A stretch of DNA of 64,000 nt from Candidatus Omnitrophota bacterium (GTDB lineage: Bacteria; Omnitrophota; Gorgyraeia; Zapsychrales; Fredricksoniimonadaceae), in NCBI GenBank assembly GCA_015233165.1, contig JADFYF010000002.1, forward strand, positions 14,517-78,516, in the 5' to 3' direction. Within the stretch, counting starts at the first letter, position 1; each line of letters opens with the position of its first letter. A model generated the notes under the pieces. It saw nothing but the letters and a program-made list of their open reading frames with translations. It had not been told where the DNA came from and did no database searches. Positions 29,454-39,636 of the stretch are shown in pieces. The position numbers and the translations under genes were made by a program.

Positions 29454-30445
29454 TGGCGTCTCGACCAAAAATTAAAAGGGTTTTGGTCGTGGGAGGATCC
29501 GGTTATATTGGATCTCATATGACGGTGTTGTTGAAACACAAAGGATATGAACCTGTCGTTTTTGATCGGGTCATTTCCAAGACACTTCAGAAAGTATCTA
29601 ATGTTTCGACGATTAAGGGAGATTTAAGAAGATATCAAGATATTCAGGGAGCGTTACAAAAGATTCAACCAGACGTGGTGATGTATTTTGCCGGTCTTAT
29701 TGTGGCTCCGGAGTCGAATATTAAACCGCATGATTATCTGGATCACAATGTTTTAGGTGCCGTGAATTTACTGAAAGCCATGCATGAGACGGGGGTTAAG
29801 AAAATCATTTTCTCATCCACCGCCGCGGTTTATGGCAACCCTCCCAAGGTTCCCATCACCGAGGAGGCTCCTCTGAAACCCATCAATACCTATGGCCATA
29901 CGAAGCTGATGTTTGAACAGATGCTCGAGCGAGTTGCTTTGTCGGATCCAGAGTTTTCGTATGTAGCGTTGCGTTATTTTAATGCGGCCGGTGCTCATCA
30001 TTCAGGTTTGTTGGGGGAGCGCCATAACCCTGAGACCCATCTTATTCCTAATGTCTTGCGTACGATCAAAGGCAGCTTAAAAGAATTGATTGTCTATGGC
30101 GATGATTATCCTACCAAGGATGGAACTTGTATCCGGGATTATGTTCATGTGGAAGATTTAACTGAAGCCCACTGGCTGGCGATTCAAGCCTTGCGTAAAG
30201 GGCTATCGAATCAAATAATTAATCTAGGGACAGGCAAGGGCTATTCCGCCAGAGAAATCATCACGATGGCCGAGAAGGTCACAGGGGGTAAGGTGAATCT
30301 GAAGGTTTCTTCTCGACGCCCCGGAGATCCGGCCGTCTTGGTGGCTTCGTATAAGAAGGCCCAAAAGCTTCTGGGTTGGCAGCCTCAAAGAAGTCTCACC
30401 CAAATCATCGAGTCTGCGTGGGCCTGGGAAAAGGGGCTTTCATGA
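29453..30445 (+). CDS. galE: UDP-glucose 4-epimerase
   Basis: GGSGYIGSH, FSSTAAVYG, YGHTK, LRYFNAAGA, ETHLIP, DGTCIRDYVHV. Confidence 0.9.
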   Translation: MASRPKIKRVLVVGGSGYIGSHMTVLLKHKGYEPVVFDRVISKTLQKVSNVSTIKGDLRRYQDIQGALQKIQPDVVMYFAGLIVAPESNIKPHDYLDHNVLGAVNLLKAMHETGVKKIIFSSTAAVYGNPPKVPITEEAPLKPINTYGHTKLMFEQMLERVALSDPEFSYVALRYFNAAGAHHSGLLGERHNPETHLIPNVLRTIKGSLKELIVYGDDYPTKDGTCIRDYVHVEDLTEAHWLAIQALRKGLSNQIINLGTGKGYSAREIITMAEKVTGGKVNLKVSSRRPGDPAVLVASYKKAQKLLGWQPQRSLTQIIESAWAWEKGLS

Positions 30446-30517
30446 AGGACTCTTTATGTGATTATCCCCTCGATGTTCTTGTGAAATTATTAAAAAGCAA
30501 AGGGTAGCCGTCTAACG

Positions 30518-31633
30518 ATGCGAATTGCCATCAATGCCAGATCTATTTTACTTAGTCAACCAACCGGTATTGGACGATACACCTATCACCTGATTGACAG
30601 CTTAGGAGCTGTTGATCCAGTTAATCAGTATTGGTTATATGTTCAAAAGAAATTTTGGGATACGAAGCGGAAGCTTCCTAAGTTTTCCTATTCTAATTTT
30701 TCTGTTAAGAATGATTTTTTTGGGAGAGGTGCGCAGCAGTGTTTAAAGGACTCGGATATTTATCACAGCCCAAGTCCTGAATTATTGTCCGTCGTTGGTT
30801 CTAAGATTGTTGTGACTATTCATGATTTGATTTATAAAACCTACCCCCAAGGACATACGTCAGAAACGATTGATTTAACAAATCAATATATGAGCCAGAT
30901 TGTTAAGAGGGCGGATCATATTATTTGCATTTCACAAAATACCAGGGACGATTTGCACCGTTTTTTTGATTTTCCAGAAGGAAGGTCTTCGGTCATCTAT
31001 AACGGGGTTAATCATCAAAAGTTTTATTGTCTTGAAGGTATGGAAAGACAGGAAGCAAAAAGTCTTTTAGTTCAACTGGGGGTGTTCGAACCATTTCTTT
31101 TATTTGTTGGGACTATTGAACCCAGGAAGAATTTATCAGGACTTCTGGAGGCTTTTTCTTATCTGCGCCAAAAGAAGCAATTTAATGGTAAGCTGGTCGT
31201 TGTTGGTATGAAAGGGTGGATGACAGAGTCCATTGCGCCATTGATAGAACGCCTGGGGATAAAAGAAGAGGTTGTTTTCTTGGGATTTGTATCCGACGAT
31301 CAATTACGTGTCCTTTATAATTTCAGTGAAGTTTTTGTTTTTCCTTCTTTTTATGAAGGTTTTGGTTTCCCCATTGTGGAGGCTTTTTGCTGTGGGGCTG
31401 CTGTTGTAACAGCGAATACTTCTTCTTGTGGAGAAATTGCTGCTGATGCAGCCTTTTGTGTTAATCCAGAAGATATTATTCAAATGGCAGAAGGGATCAC
31501 TCAACTATTGGAAAATAAAAAGTTTAATCAGGATTTGAGACAAAAAGGTTTATTACGGGCCAAAGAATTTTCTTTTTTAAAGAATGCTCAGCAGACAGGT
31601 TGCGTTTATGAGGAGGTTAGACTTGAAAGTTAG
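30518..31633 (+). CDS. Glycosyltransferase family 4
   Basis: TGIGRY, TIHDL, VGTIEPRKN, FPSFYEGFGFPIVEA. Confidence 0.92.
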   Translation: MRIAINARSILLSQPTGIGRYTYHLIDSLGAVDPVNQYWLYVQKKFWDTKRKLPKFSYSNFSVKNDFFGRGAQQCLKDSDIYHSPSPELLSVVGSKIVVTIHDLIYKTYPQGHTSETIDLTNQYMSQIVKRADHIICISQNTRDDLHRFFDFPEGRSSVIYNGVNHQKFYCLEGMERQEAKSLLVQLGVFEPFLLFVGTIEPRKNLSGLLEAFSYLRQKKQFNGKLVVVGMKGWMTESIAPLIERLGIKEEVVFLGFVSDDQLRVLYNFSEVFVFPSFYEGFGFPIVEAFCCGAAVVTANTSSCGEIAADAAFCVNPEDIIQMAEGITQLLENKKFNQDLRQKGLLRAKEFSFLKNAQQTGCVYEEVRLES

Positions 31634-32465
31634 CGGATTTACGATTGTACGCAATGCGGTTAAGTTCAATTACCCTGTGGTAGAGTCTATTTGTTCTATT
31701 CTTCCCATTTGTGATGAATTTATTGTCAATGTCGGTGATTCAGAAGATTCCACGTTAGAACTGATTAAAGCGATAGGCGACCCTAAGATTAGAATTATTA
31801 GAAAGCAGTGGGACCTTTCTATGGGAGAACAAATGTTGTCTTATCAAACGAATTTGGCTCTAGAAGAGTGTACAGGAGATTGGTGTTTTTATTTACAATC
31901 AGATGAGGTGATTCATGAAAAAGATCTACCTTCATTGGTTAAGGTAATGCGACGGGAGTTAAATAGTTCTATTGATGTTATCCGACTTCGTTGGATGCAT
32001 TTTTATGGTAGTTTCTGGCGTTATCGTATAGATGCTGGATGGTTCCAGAAGAATGACAGGATTATTCGTAATAAGGGACAGGTGGAATCCTATGGAGATG
32101 CGGGCGGCTTTCGTAAGAAAGATGGCACAAATTTGAAACGACGTATGGTGCTGACCTTGCTTTATCACTATGGTTGGGTTCAGCCGGAAGATGTTATGGC
32201 GCAAAGACGGATTAATGCTATTGATATCGGATTTGCTGGTATTGATGCAAAACGACCAGAAGGAAGGTATTCTTTTGAAGATTTGAATATTTTCCCTGTT
32301 TATTTTGGAACACATCCTGCCGTTATGAATAAGATAATTAGGGAACATAATGTGAGTAATCAGGATTGGAAAAGCATCGTGTGTAAATATTGGTATCATC
32401 CTGCTAGAATTTTTCGTATCAGATATAAATCTTTTCGAAGGATTAAAGAAAAGTTGAGATGTTAA
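31623..32465 (+). CDS. Glycosyltransferase family 2-like
   Basis: KVSGFTIVRNA, SEDST, YLQSDEV, YHYGWV; SD AGGAGG at 31611-31616 favours TTG 31623 as start. Confidence 0.8.
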   Translation: MKVSGFTIVRNAVKFNYPVVESICSILPICDEFIVNVGDSEDSTLELIKAIGDPKIRIIRKQWDLSMGEQMLSYQTNLALEECTGDWCFYLQSDEVIHEKDLPSLVKVMRRELNSSIDVIRLRWMHFYGSFWRYRIDAGWFQKNDRIIRNKGQVESYGDAGGFRKKDGTNLKRRMVLTLLYHYGWVQPEDVMAQRRINAIDIGFAGIDAKRPEGRYSFEDLNIFPVYFGTHPAVMNKIIREHNVSNQDWKSIVCKYWYHPARIFRIRYKSFRRIKEKLRC

Positions 32466-32480
32466 CACAAAGAGAATGTT

Positions 32481-34157
32481 ATGAATGTTCAATTTAAGAC
32501 GCATATGTTGAAGTTAAGAAATTGGGCGACTCATAGGGCGACAGCTTTAGATGCCTTTGTGTTAGCTTTTATTACAATCTTTATCACCATTCATCCTTTT
32601 TATCTTTATGGACAAATCAATTATTTTGAGCTGGGGTTATATCTGCCTGGAGTCGATGCGATTCTTAAGGGGCAGATTCCTTATAGGGATTTTCTTCATT
32701 TAAGGGGTCCCTTGGAATTATATTTTCCTGCTTGGTGGATGAGTATGACATCTAGGAGTTTTGCCTTAATTCCAAGTTATTTCTACTTAGGGACAGTGGT
32801 CACTCTTGTGTTGGGTCTTTGGGTCGCTATGGAGGTTCTTCGTACAAGAATATTTATTTATATCTTGAGTCTATCTTTTTTGGCAAGAACATTTCCTAGA
32901 GTTTCATTTGCCATGGGAGGAGGATTTCGTTTTGCATGGGGGATGGCCTTACTTTTGTGTTTAATAAAATATTTTAGAAAAAGGAATAAAATCTGGTTAT
33001 TGGGAGCAGGTTTTTTTTGTGCAATAGCTTTCTTTACCAGTATTGAAATAGGAGTTTATTCCTTGTTTCTTGTTGGGGTAGCTTTATTAGTTGACGCGTT
33101 GATGATGCAAAAGAGGGGGGGCATATTCAAAGAATTGAGTATTTTTATTTTTGCTTTTGGGGTTGTCGCGGCTCCTATTGTGATTTTCCTTCAAGTTAAT
33201 CATGCACTTGTTCCTATGATGGAGACTTATTGGAAGGTTGTTCCTGGAATACTTCAGAACTTCCCTCAAAGTGATCCTGTTCCACGCAATGTTCTTGAAG
33301 TGATCATTGCGATGTTCACCCCTACGCACTTGAATTTTAAACAATTAACACCTTTGTACTGTTATCTTTTTGCCTTTGTATATTTGGGCTATGGCCGTAG
33401 GGACTATCGAAGAGATATTTTTTGTCTTAGTATTTATGGATTCTTGTTGTTTATTGGGAATATGCGTAGCCTTTGGGGGCCGGGGTTTGAGACGGCGATA
33501 CAGCCGCAGAAGATATTATTGTTCTTTTTGTTGGAGGAAACCTGGTTTAAAGTCCAAGAAAAATTTAATCAGCCAGGCAAAGTTATTGCTATTTGTATTT
33601 TGACAGGCATTTTTTTATCAACGGTCATATATTCATTCCCAAGATTTCAAAAACGGTTCTTTTTTATAAAAATGATTTCTAATGTTTTTGAAGGGAAAGG
33701 GCCGTTAGCCAAGATTCTTTCGTACTCAGGGAAAGACCTAGTTGCCGTAAATGTTCCTGGCATGAAGGGAATGGTAGTTCCTCTAGAACAATCTCAGGAT
33801 ATTGAACGACTCTATCGGTTTATGCAGGCGCATACTACCCTTAAGGATCCGGTCCTATTTTATCCCGATTCAGGAGTTTTTAATTTTATAGTCAATAGGC
33901 CATTTATTGGACGTTTTCCAGTTGCGACCCTAAGTTGGCTTGGGAGAGGGTGGCATGAGGAGTTTAAGGGCTCTTTAGAGAAACAAAAGCCTGCTTATGT
34001 GGTGACTTATAGAAGTCTTCCGGAGTATTTCTTAAGGACACAGCTGATTATTGCAGAGAATAGGCGTAAATATGAGGAAGTGACTGCGTTGATCTCAAAG
34101 AATTATCAACTCATTTACAGGACACCTTCATTTAATGTGTGGAAACCTAAGCAATGA
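32481..34157 (+). CDS. Polytopic membrane protein, probable GT-C-type glycosyltransferase
   Basis: Many TM segments, GQIPYRDFLHLRGPL loop typical of GT-C enzymes, soluble C-terminal domain. Confidence 0.6.
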   Translation: MNVQFKTHMLKLRNWATHRATALDAFVLAFITIFITIHPFYLYGQINYFELGLYLPGVDAILKGQIPYRDFLHLRGPLELYFPAWWMSMTSRSFALIPSYFYLGTVVTLVLGLWVAMEVLRTRIFIYILSLSFLARTFPRVSFAMGGGFRFAWGMALLLCLIKYFRKRNKIWLLGAGFFCAIAFFTSIEIGVYSLFLVGVALLVDALMMQKRGGIFKELSIFIFAFGVVAAPIVIFLQVNHALVPMMETYWKVVPGILQNFPQSDPVPRNVLEVIIAMFTPTHLNFKQLTPLYCYLFAFVYLGYGRRDYRRDIFCLSIYGFLLFIGNMRSLWGPGFETAIQPQKILLFFLLEETWFKVQEKFNQPGKVIAICILTGIFLSTVIYSFPRFQKRFFFIKMISNVFEGKGPLAKILSYSGKDLVAVNVPGMKGMVVPLEQSQDIERLYRFMQAHTTLKDPVLFYPDSGVFNFIVNRPFIGRFPVATLSWLGRGWHEEFKGSLEKQKPAYVVTYRSLPEYFLRTQLIIAENRRKYEEVTALISKNYQLIYRTPSFNVWKPKQ

Positions 34158-35221
34158 TTCACAAAGACATGAAAAAGATTCTTGTTATCCGGGTAGGCAA
34201 TATGGGGGATGTTTTAATGGCGACTCCATTTCTGAGGGCATTACATAAGGTTTTTCCGTTATCTGAAGTTGATTTTGTAACGTCCCCTCAGGCCTACGGA
34301 ATAGTTGCTAATAATCCTTACGTGAAAAATATTTTTATTTATAAAAAGTATAAAGATTTTTGGGGAGGGATCCGAAGGGAAATGTTATGCCGTCGTTTAA
34401 AGGCTAGAGGGTACGATTTATGCTTTGTGCTTGAAGAACATCCTCAGTACAAAGATTTTGGATCAAGAAGTGTTTCATCGAAGGCTTTGAAGGTGGGTTT
34501 CTCCGGACAGAAGGAAGAATGTTTAACCTATAAATTAGATTTTTCTCATGATAAACACGTCATCGAGAATTATTTGAACATGTTACAAGAATTCTTCCAG
34601 GCTGAATTTACAGAAGATGACCTGTCTATGGATTTGATCGTGAGAAATACGACTGCTGCTGACCAATTAAAGCAGGAAGTTAAGAGCTTAGGGAAGTATG
34701 TCCTTATTCATCCAGGGACAACAGAATATTTACCTTATCGCAGTTGGACTCCAGAAGGTTATGCTCAAATTATTGATGATTTTCAAGAGAAAGGAATCGC
34801 TGTCCTTCTAACCGGTCAGGCCATGCATCAACCGTTAATAGATCAGATATTAAAACAATGCAAGATTCAAGGGAGAGTTGCAAACATTCATTGTTTGTTG
34901 GATAAGGATTTTGATGATTTGATATACTATATACAAAATGCGTCAGTTGTCCTCTGCTCTGACACCGGGGTTTTGCATGTTGCTAGAGCATTGAATGTCC
35001 CCGTGCTGGGTTTATTTGGTCCTTCTAACCCCCAACACACTGGAGCTATTGGAAAAGGGGTTTACGGTTTTATTCGTAATGATTTTCCCTGCGGGCCCTG
35101 CAATTATTCTCCGCAATATCGTTATGAAGAAAAAAAGAGTTGTTTAGATGGTAATCCACCACCATGTATGCGTTCTATAACGGCAGATCGGGTTAAGATT
35201 CTTCTGAGAAAATTGAATTGA
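34154..35221 (+). CDS. Glycosyltransferase family 9 (heptosyltransferase-like)
   Basis: GNMGDVLMATP, IHPG, SDTGVLHVA, LFGPS, CGPC. Confidence 0.9.
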   Translation: MIHKDMKKILVIRVGNMGDVLMATPFLRALHKVFPLSEVDFVTSPQAYGIVANNPYVKNIFIYKKYKDFWGGIRREMLCRRLKARGYDLCFVLEEHPQYKDFGSRSVSSKALKVGFSGQKEECLTYKLDFSHDKHVIENYLNMLQEFFQAEFTEDDLSMDLIVRNTTAADQLKQEVKSLGKYVLIHPGTTEYLPYRSWTPEGYAQIIDDFQEKGIAVLLTGQAMHQPLIDQILKQCKIQGRVANIHCLLDKDFDDLIYYIQNASVVLCSDTGVLHVARALNVPVLGLFGPSNPQHTGAIGKGVYGFIRNDFPCGPCNYSPQYRYEEKKSCLDGNPPPCMRSITADRVKILLRKLN

Positions 35222-35240
35222 GAGTATTTATAATGGAGAA

Positions 35241-36005
35241 ATGATAATGTCTAATCATGAGATCGAGAAAGAGATTCTGAAAAAGAAATTGAAAATGGAA
35301 TTATGGAAGATGTATGGCTCTGATGACCATCCTGCGGAATGGGATGGGATTCATCATGGTGGAGGCGGTGGAAGGCTCAGTCAGAGATTTTGGGAGTATT
35401 TTAAGGCTGTTGAGCTGTTAGATTTAAATAAAGATTCCATTGTGGTGGATATCGGCGGAGGATCTAATCACACGGGGGTTGGTTTTTTTGGGCAATTGCT
35501 CTCTAAATATGTAAAGAAAGTAATCATCATGGATCCGGTATTGAAATATCAGCAAGGAGTTTCGGATAATCTTCAACTGATAAAAGAGTTTTGCACCTTT
35601 GAAACGCTCAGTGCACTATTTAAATCACAACCTGGAATTACTCATGTGGTGTCGATTTCTACTTTTGAACATATTGAAGATGGTATGCGTGAAGGAATTG
35701 TGCGTGCAATTAATGATTCTTTTAAAGGGGATATTTTTGTGGCCAGTTATGAATATCATTCCAGAATTTCTTTCTTTGAAAACCAATTAAACGTTAAAAC
35801 GGTTTCTAAGATATTTTCGGAACTTAAAAGGTTCTTTCCCACAGAATATTATGCTTCTCCTGTTTGGGCGGAGAATGCGTATGTTCATTTCATGTTTCGC
35901 AATAAAACATCCATACCGTTTAAACCATTAGACAAGTTGTTTAAGAAATTAATTCCTGCCTGGTATCCAGTCATTATAAAGTTTGAACGTTCAATAATAG
36001 CTTAG
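35241..36005 (+). CDS. Putative class I SAM-dependent methyltransferase
   Basis: RFWEY, VVDIGGG, VVSISTFEHI motifs. Confidence 0.55.
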   Translation: MIMSNHEIEKEILKKKLKMELWKMYGSDDHPAEWDGIHHGGGGGRLSQRFWEYFKAVELLDLNKDSIVVDIGGGSNHTGVGFFGQLLSKYVKKVIIMDPVLKYQQGVSDNLQLIKEFCTFETLSALFKSQPGITHVVSISTFEHIEDGMREGIVRAINDSFKGDIFVASYEYHSRISFFENQLNVKTVSKIFSELKRFFPTEYYASPVWAENAYVHFMFRNKTSIPFKPLDKLFKKLIPAWYPVIIKFERSIIA

Positions 36006-36073
36006 AGATTTTATTGAAGAGAATAGGTATATTACATTTAGGTTGTGGGACTAAGAAATTAAAGTAGAAATTC

Positions 36074-37150
36074 ATGAGTTTTAGAAAAATCTTGATCATT
36101 AATCCCTTTGGTATCGGCGATGTACTATTCACGACACCGTTAATAAGCCATTTGCATTTAGCCTACCCTGAGGCGTTGATCGGTTATATCGCCAATCGTC
36201 GAGCCCTGCCTGTGATTGAAAGCAATCCTAAGATTAATAAGGTTTATATTTATGAGAGGGATGAGTTTAAAGACGATTTAGTTCAAAGCTGGGGGAGGCT
36301 TTTGAGTCAGATTAAGCAAGAGCAGTTTGATGTGGTGTTTGATTTTACTTTAAATGCTTCCTTTGGTTTTTTTAGCATGATTTGTGGGATCAAGAAACGT
36401 ATCGGATATGATTATCGCGGCCGAGGCCGGTTTTTGACAGATAAACTTCCTCTGGTCGGCTATGAAGGGCGGCATGTGGTGGAGTATTATTTGGATTTAA
36501 TGAAATTATTGGATTGTAGGGAAGGGTTTCAAACCCTTCCTGATCGGGCGGGTTATAAACCCGCCCCTACATTAGAAATCTTTATTGATCAAACCCATCA
36601 GCAATGGGCTAAGGACTGGCTTAAAGCTCAGAAGGTTGATGCGACAAAGCCTATAATCGCTGTTATTCCAGGTGGTGGCGCTAGTTGGGGGAAGGATGCA
36701 GCTTCTAAACGCTGGCCGGTCAGTCAATACGCGGCTTTAGTGGACAAAATCGTTGCAAAATCAAGTTCGACTATTATACTGATGGGCGATCCAAAGGAGC
36801 AGTTGTTGTGTCAGGAATTGACCCGCCAATGCTCTTCTTCCGTCTATAGCGCTGTTGGAGCAACGACAATTTTACAAATGACGGCCTTACTTCAAGAATG
36901 CCGTATGGCCATTGTTAATGACGGAGGACCGTTGCATGTGGCCGTCGCTGCGGGAGTTTTAACGGTATCTATGTTTGGTCCTGTCGATCCTGTTGTTTAT
37001 GGCCCGTACCCTTTATCAGAACATATTGTGATTCAGAAAAATTTAGCCTGTCAGCCGTGTTACAGGCAGTTTCGTAAAGCAAGTTGTAATCATTTGAGTT
37101 GTTTGAGAGATTTAACGGTTGAGGAAGTTTTTGGTCGATTAAATTTGTAG
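36074..37150 (+). CDS. Glycosyltransferase family 9 (WaaF-like heptosyltransferase)
   Basis: GIGDVLFTTP, KRWP, NDGGPLHVA, FGP, CQPC; carries an in-frame REPIN. Confidence 0.9.
   Translation: MSFRKILIINPFGIGDVLFTTPLISHLHLAYPEALIGYIANRRALPVIESNPKINKVYIYERDEFKDDLVQSWGRLLSQIKQEQFDVVFDFTLNASFGFFSMICGIKKRIGYDYRGRGRFLTDKLPLVGYEGRHVVEYYLDLMKLLDCREGFQTLPDRAGYKPAPTLEIFIDQTHQQWAKDWLKAQKVDATKPIIAVIPGGGASWGKDAASKRWPVSQYAALVDKIVAKSSSTIILMGDPKEQLLCQELTRQCSSSVYSAVGATTILQMTALLQECRMAIVNDGGPLHVAVAAGVLTVSMFGPVDPVVYGPYPLSEHIVIQKNLACQPCYRQFRKASCNHLSCLRDLTVEEVFGRLNL
36516..36570. repeat. REPIN-like GTAG doublet inside a coding sequence
   Basis: GTAGGGAAGGGTTTCAAACCCTTCC-TGAT-CGGGCGGGTTATAAACCCGCCCCTAC, read as CREGFQTLPDRAGYKPAPT. 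Confidence 0.85.
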
Positions 37151-37173
37151 GGGCGGGGTAATCCCGCCCGTAC
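37147..37173. repeat. GTAG-type REP-like palindrome
   Basis: GTAGGGGCGGGGTAATCCCGCCCGTAC; its TAG (37148-37150) is the GT9 stop codon. Confidence 0.8.
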
Positions 37174-37192
37174 CATTATCAGAAAGGGTCAT

Positions 37193-38293
37193 ATGAGCGT
37201 TCCATTTATTGATTTCAAAGAACAAAACAGTTTAATTCAACCCGAGATAGACGCTGGATTTAAAAAGGTTTTTGAGAAGGGTGATTATATATTAGGGGAA
37301 CAGGCTCATCTGTTTGAATCGGCCTTTTCTAAATACTGTGAAGCTCAATATGGAGTGGGGGTTAACTCAGGAACAGATGCCTTGCATTTGGCCATGGCCG
37401 CTTTAGATATCGGTGATGGCGACGAAGTGATTGTTCCTACTCATACCTTTATTGCCACTGCCTTGTGTGTGTCGTTCTGTCGCGCCAAACCTGTCTTTGT
37501 GGATATCGAACCTGATACCTATAATATTGATCCTAAAGCCATTGAAAAGGCGATTACCAAGAAAACCAAGGCCATTATCCCTGTGCATATTTACGGTCAG
37601 CCGGCGAATATGGATGAGATTATAGCCATTGCCCGTAAACATGGGATCAAGATCGTCGAAGATGCTGCTCAGGCTCACGGTTCAAGATATAAGGGCAAAC
37701 GCGTAGGTTCCTTAGGGGATGTGGCTTGTTTCTCCTTTTATCCGACGAAAAGTTTAGGCGCTTGCGGCGATGCGGGAATGATTGTCACCAGTGATAAAGC
37801 TGTTTATGACAAAGCCCTGATGCTGCGGGATTATGGACGTAAAGGTCGTTATGAGCACAAGATTAAGGGAACAAATTCTCGTCTAGATACCCTTCAGGCG
37901 GTTGTTTTAAATGCAAAATTAAAGCATCTCGATGAGTGGAATGCGATGCGCGCCAAGAATGCGGCGTATTACGCAGAATTATTAAAACCTCTTTCAGGGG
38001 TTGTGACGCCGATCACCAAATCTGATCGTACCCATGTGTTTCAAACCTATGCGATCCGTTTGTCCAATCGTGATCAGGTGGTGGAATCTCTAAAAGCCAA
38101 AGGGATTGGCGCTTTAATTCATTATCCTATTCCTTTGCACTTACAAGAAGCGTATGCCGATCTAGGGTATAAGGCGGGAGATTTTCCTGTGGCAGAAAAG
38201 ACAGCGAATGAAATTTTAAGTCTTCCGATGTTTCCGCATATGAATAAAGAACAAGTTGAGATGGTGGTTAAGGCGTTGAAAGAATCTTTATGA
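37193..38293 (+). CDS. DegT/DnrJ/EryC1/StrS sugar aminotransferase
   Basis: NSGTDAL, EDAAQAHG, SFYPTKSLG (catalytic Lys present), NSRLD, LSLPM. Confidence 0.92.
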   Translation: MSVPFIDFKEQNSLIQPEIDAGFKKVFEKGDYILGEQAHLFESAFSKYCEAQYGVGVNSGTDALHLAMAALDIGDGDEVIVPTHTFIATALCVSFCRAKPVFVDIEPDTYNIDPKAIEKAITKKTKAIIPVHIYGQPANMDEIIAIARKHGIKIVEDAAQAHGSRYKGKRVGSLGDVACFSFYPTKSLGACGDAGMIVTSDKAVYDKALMLRDYGRKGRYEHKIKGTNSRLDTLQAVVLNAKLKHLDEWNAMRAKNAAYYAELLKPLSGVVTPITKSDRTHVFQTYAIRLSNRDQVVESLKAKGIGALIHYPIPLHLQEAYADLGYKAGDFPVAEKTANEILSLPMFPHMNKEQVEMVVKALKESL

Positions 38294-39636
38294 CCAAAGC
38301 TGTAAGCTTTTGTGATAAGGCCATGTTTGCAGCTTTGCTGCTTCTTGTTATTTTTGTGCCTTATTCTGCAGTCATGATTGAAGTGGGTTTAATGATCATG
38401 ATGATTTGCTGGATCGTTAAGAGGTCTTTAATATGGAAAGCCAATCCACATCAGAGTTTTTTAAACAGCTACAGCCTTCCGGTGAATACGTTACAGTGGT
38501 CTTTGATCGTCATAGGGATATTAATCCTTGTAACTATTCCTTTTAGTCATGATCCAGCCCTGAGTCTAAAGAAGTTCTTCTCAAGGTTCTTGCAGCAAAT
38601 CTGTTTAATGTATCTTGTTTTAGAAATTGTCACTACGTCTAAACGTTTTTGGCAATTAATGGCAGTGCTTTTATGGACCTTTGCTGTTGTTAATGCGGAT
38701 ATCTTTGTCCAATATTTTTGTGGGCATAGTTTTATTTTTTCAAGTGGCTTGCTTTACGGAAGAGTCTCAGGACCGATGCGACATCCTAATGATTTGGGGA
38801 CATTATTGGCAACGGTTATTCCTGTCGTTTTATCGTTGTTAATCATTCATAAATCGTGGACCTCTTTAATCTTAGGTCAGAAATTTTCAACAGCGCTTAA
38901 GGTGGTCTGTGCGGTCTTATTGGTACTTTTGGTGATATCTTTAGGCTTAACATCGTCTCGTGGAGCTTGGCTTGCTTTTGTTTTGAGTATGATGGGGTAT
39001 GCTGTTTGTATCGGAAAACGCTGGATCATGGGGGCTATTTCCATTATGTTGGTCGTGTTTTTTGTTATTTTTGGAATGCATTTTATGAATGTGCGTTCAG
39101 ATATTTTTACCAAGGAAGTTCTTTCTGCCAATGAAGAAGCAAGGGTTTCTAAGAATTCTTTTTCGCAAGAAGTCCAAAGCACTGAAAAAACATTCTTAAA
39201 TCCTTCTCGAAGAAGTGAGTACTGGCAGGTCGCTTTGAAAGTGATCAACAAGAATCCATTGTTTGGGTGTGGATATAATGCTTATATTCAAACGCTTAAG
39301 TTGTTGCATTTCCTTCCTGAAGAATATCCTCATAGCAGTCTGATGCAAATTACGGCTGAATTGGGCATTGTGGGATTATTGGCCCATTTATGGTTCTTCT
39401 TGAGTTTGGGGCTTTATGGAATAAAAACTTTGAAGAGTTTTGTTCATCAACACAGAGAGTTTTATGTGTTGGCACTTGGAATCTGTTTTGGTTTGTTAGC
39501 GTGGTTGATTCATAGTTTTACAGATACTCCGTGGGAATCGTTGCAATTAAATATTTTATGGTGGTTGTTGATAGGTGTTTTGTTGAGTCTAGGCAAGATT
39601 GCTCAACAATCCAATTTAAACCAAAGGGGGGCGTAG
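38290..39636 (+). CDS. O-antigen ligase family protein (WaaL-like)
   Basis: Polytopic; RVSGPMRHPN, TSSRGAW, NPLFGCG, PHSS...ELGIVG. Confidence 0.85.
   Translation: MTKAVSFCDKAMFAALLLLVIFVPYSAVMIEVGLMIMMICWIVKRSLIWKANPHQSFLNSYSLPVNTLQWSLIVIGILILVTIPFSHDPALSLKKFFSRFLQQICLMYLVLEIVTTSKRFWQLMAVLLWTFAVVNADIFVQYFCGHSFIFSSGLLYGRVSGPMRHPNDLGTLLATVIPVVLSLLIIHKSWTSLILGQKFSTALKVVCAVLLVLLVISLGLTSSRGAWLAFVLSMMGYAVCIGKRWIMGAISIMLVVFFVIFGMHFMNVRSDIFTKEVLSANEEARVSKNSFSQEVQSTEKTFLNPSRRSEYWQVALKVINKNPLFGCGYNAYIQTLKLLHFLPEEYPHSSLMQITAELGIVGLLAHLWFFLSLGLYGIKTLKSFVHQHREFYVLALGICFGLLAWLIHSFTDTPWESLQLNILWWLLIGVLLSLGKIAQQSNLNQRGA

Noticed and set aside
36753-36780. Internal promoter-like TTGCAA-16-TATACT in the GT9 gene
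   Set aside because: Inside a coding region about 410 nt upstream of the next start; could be chance.
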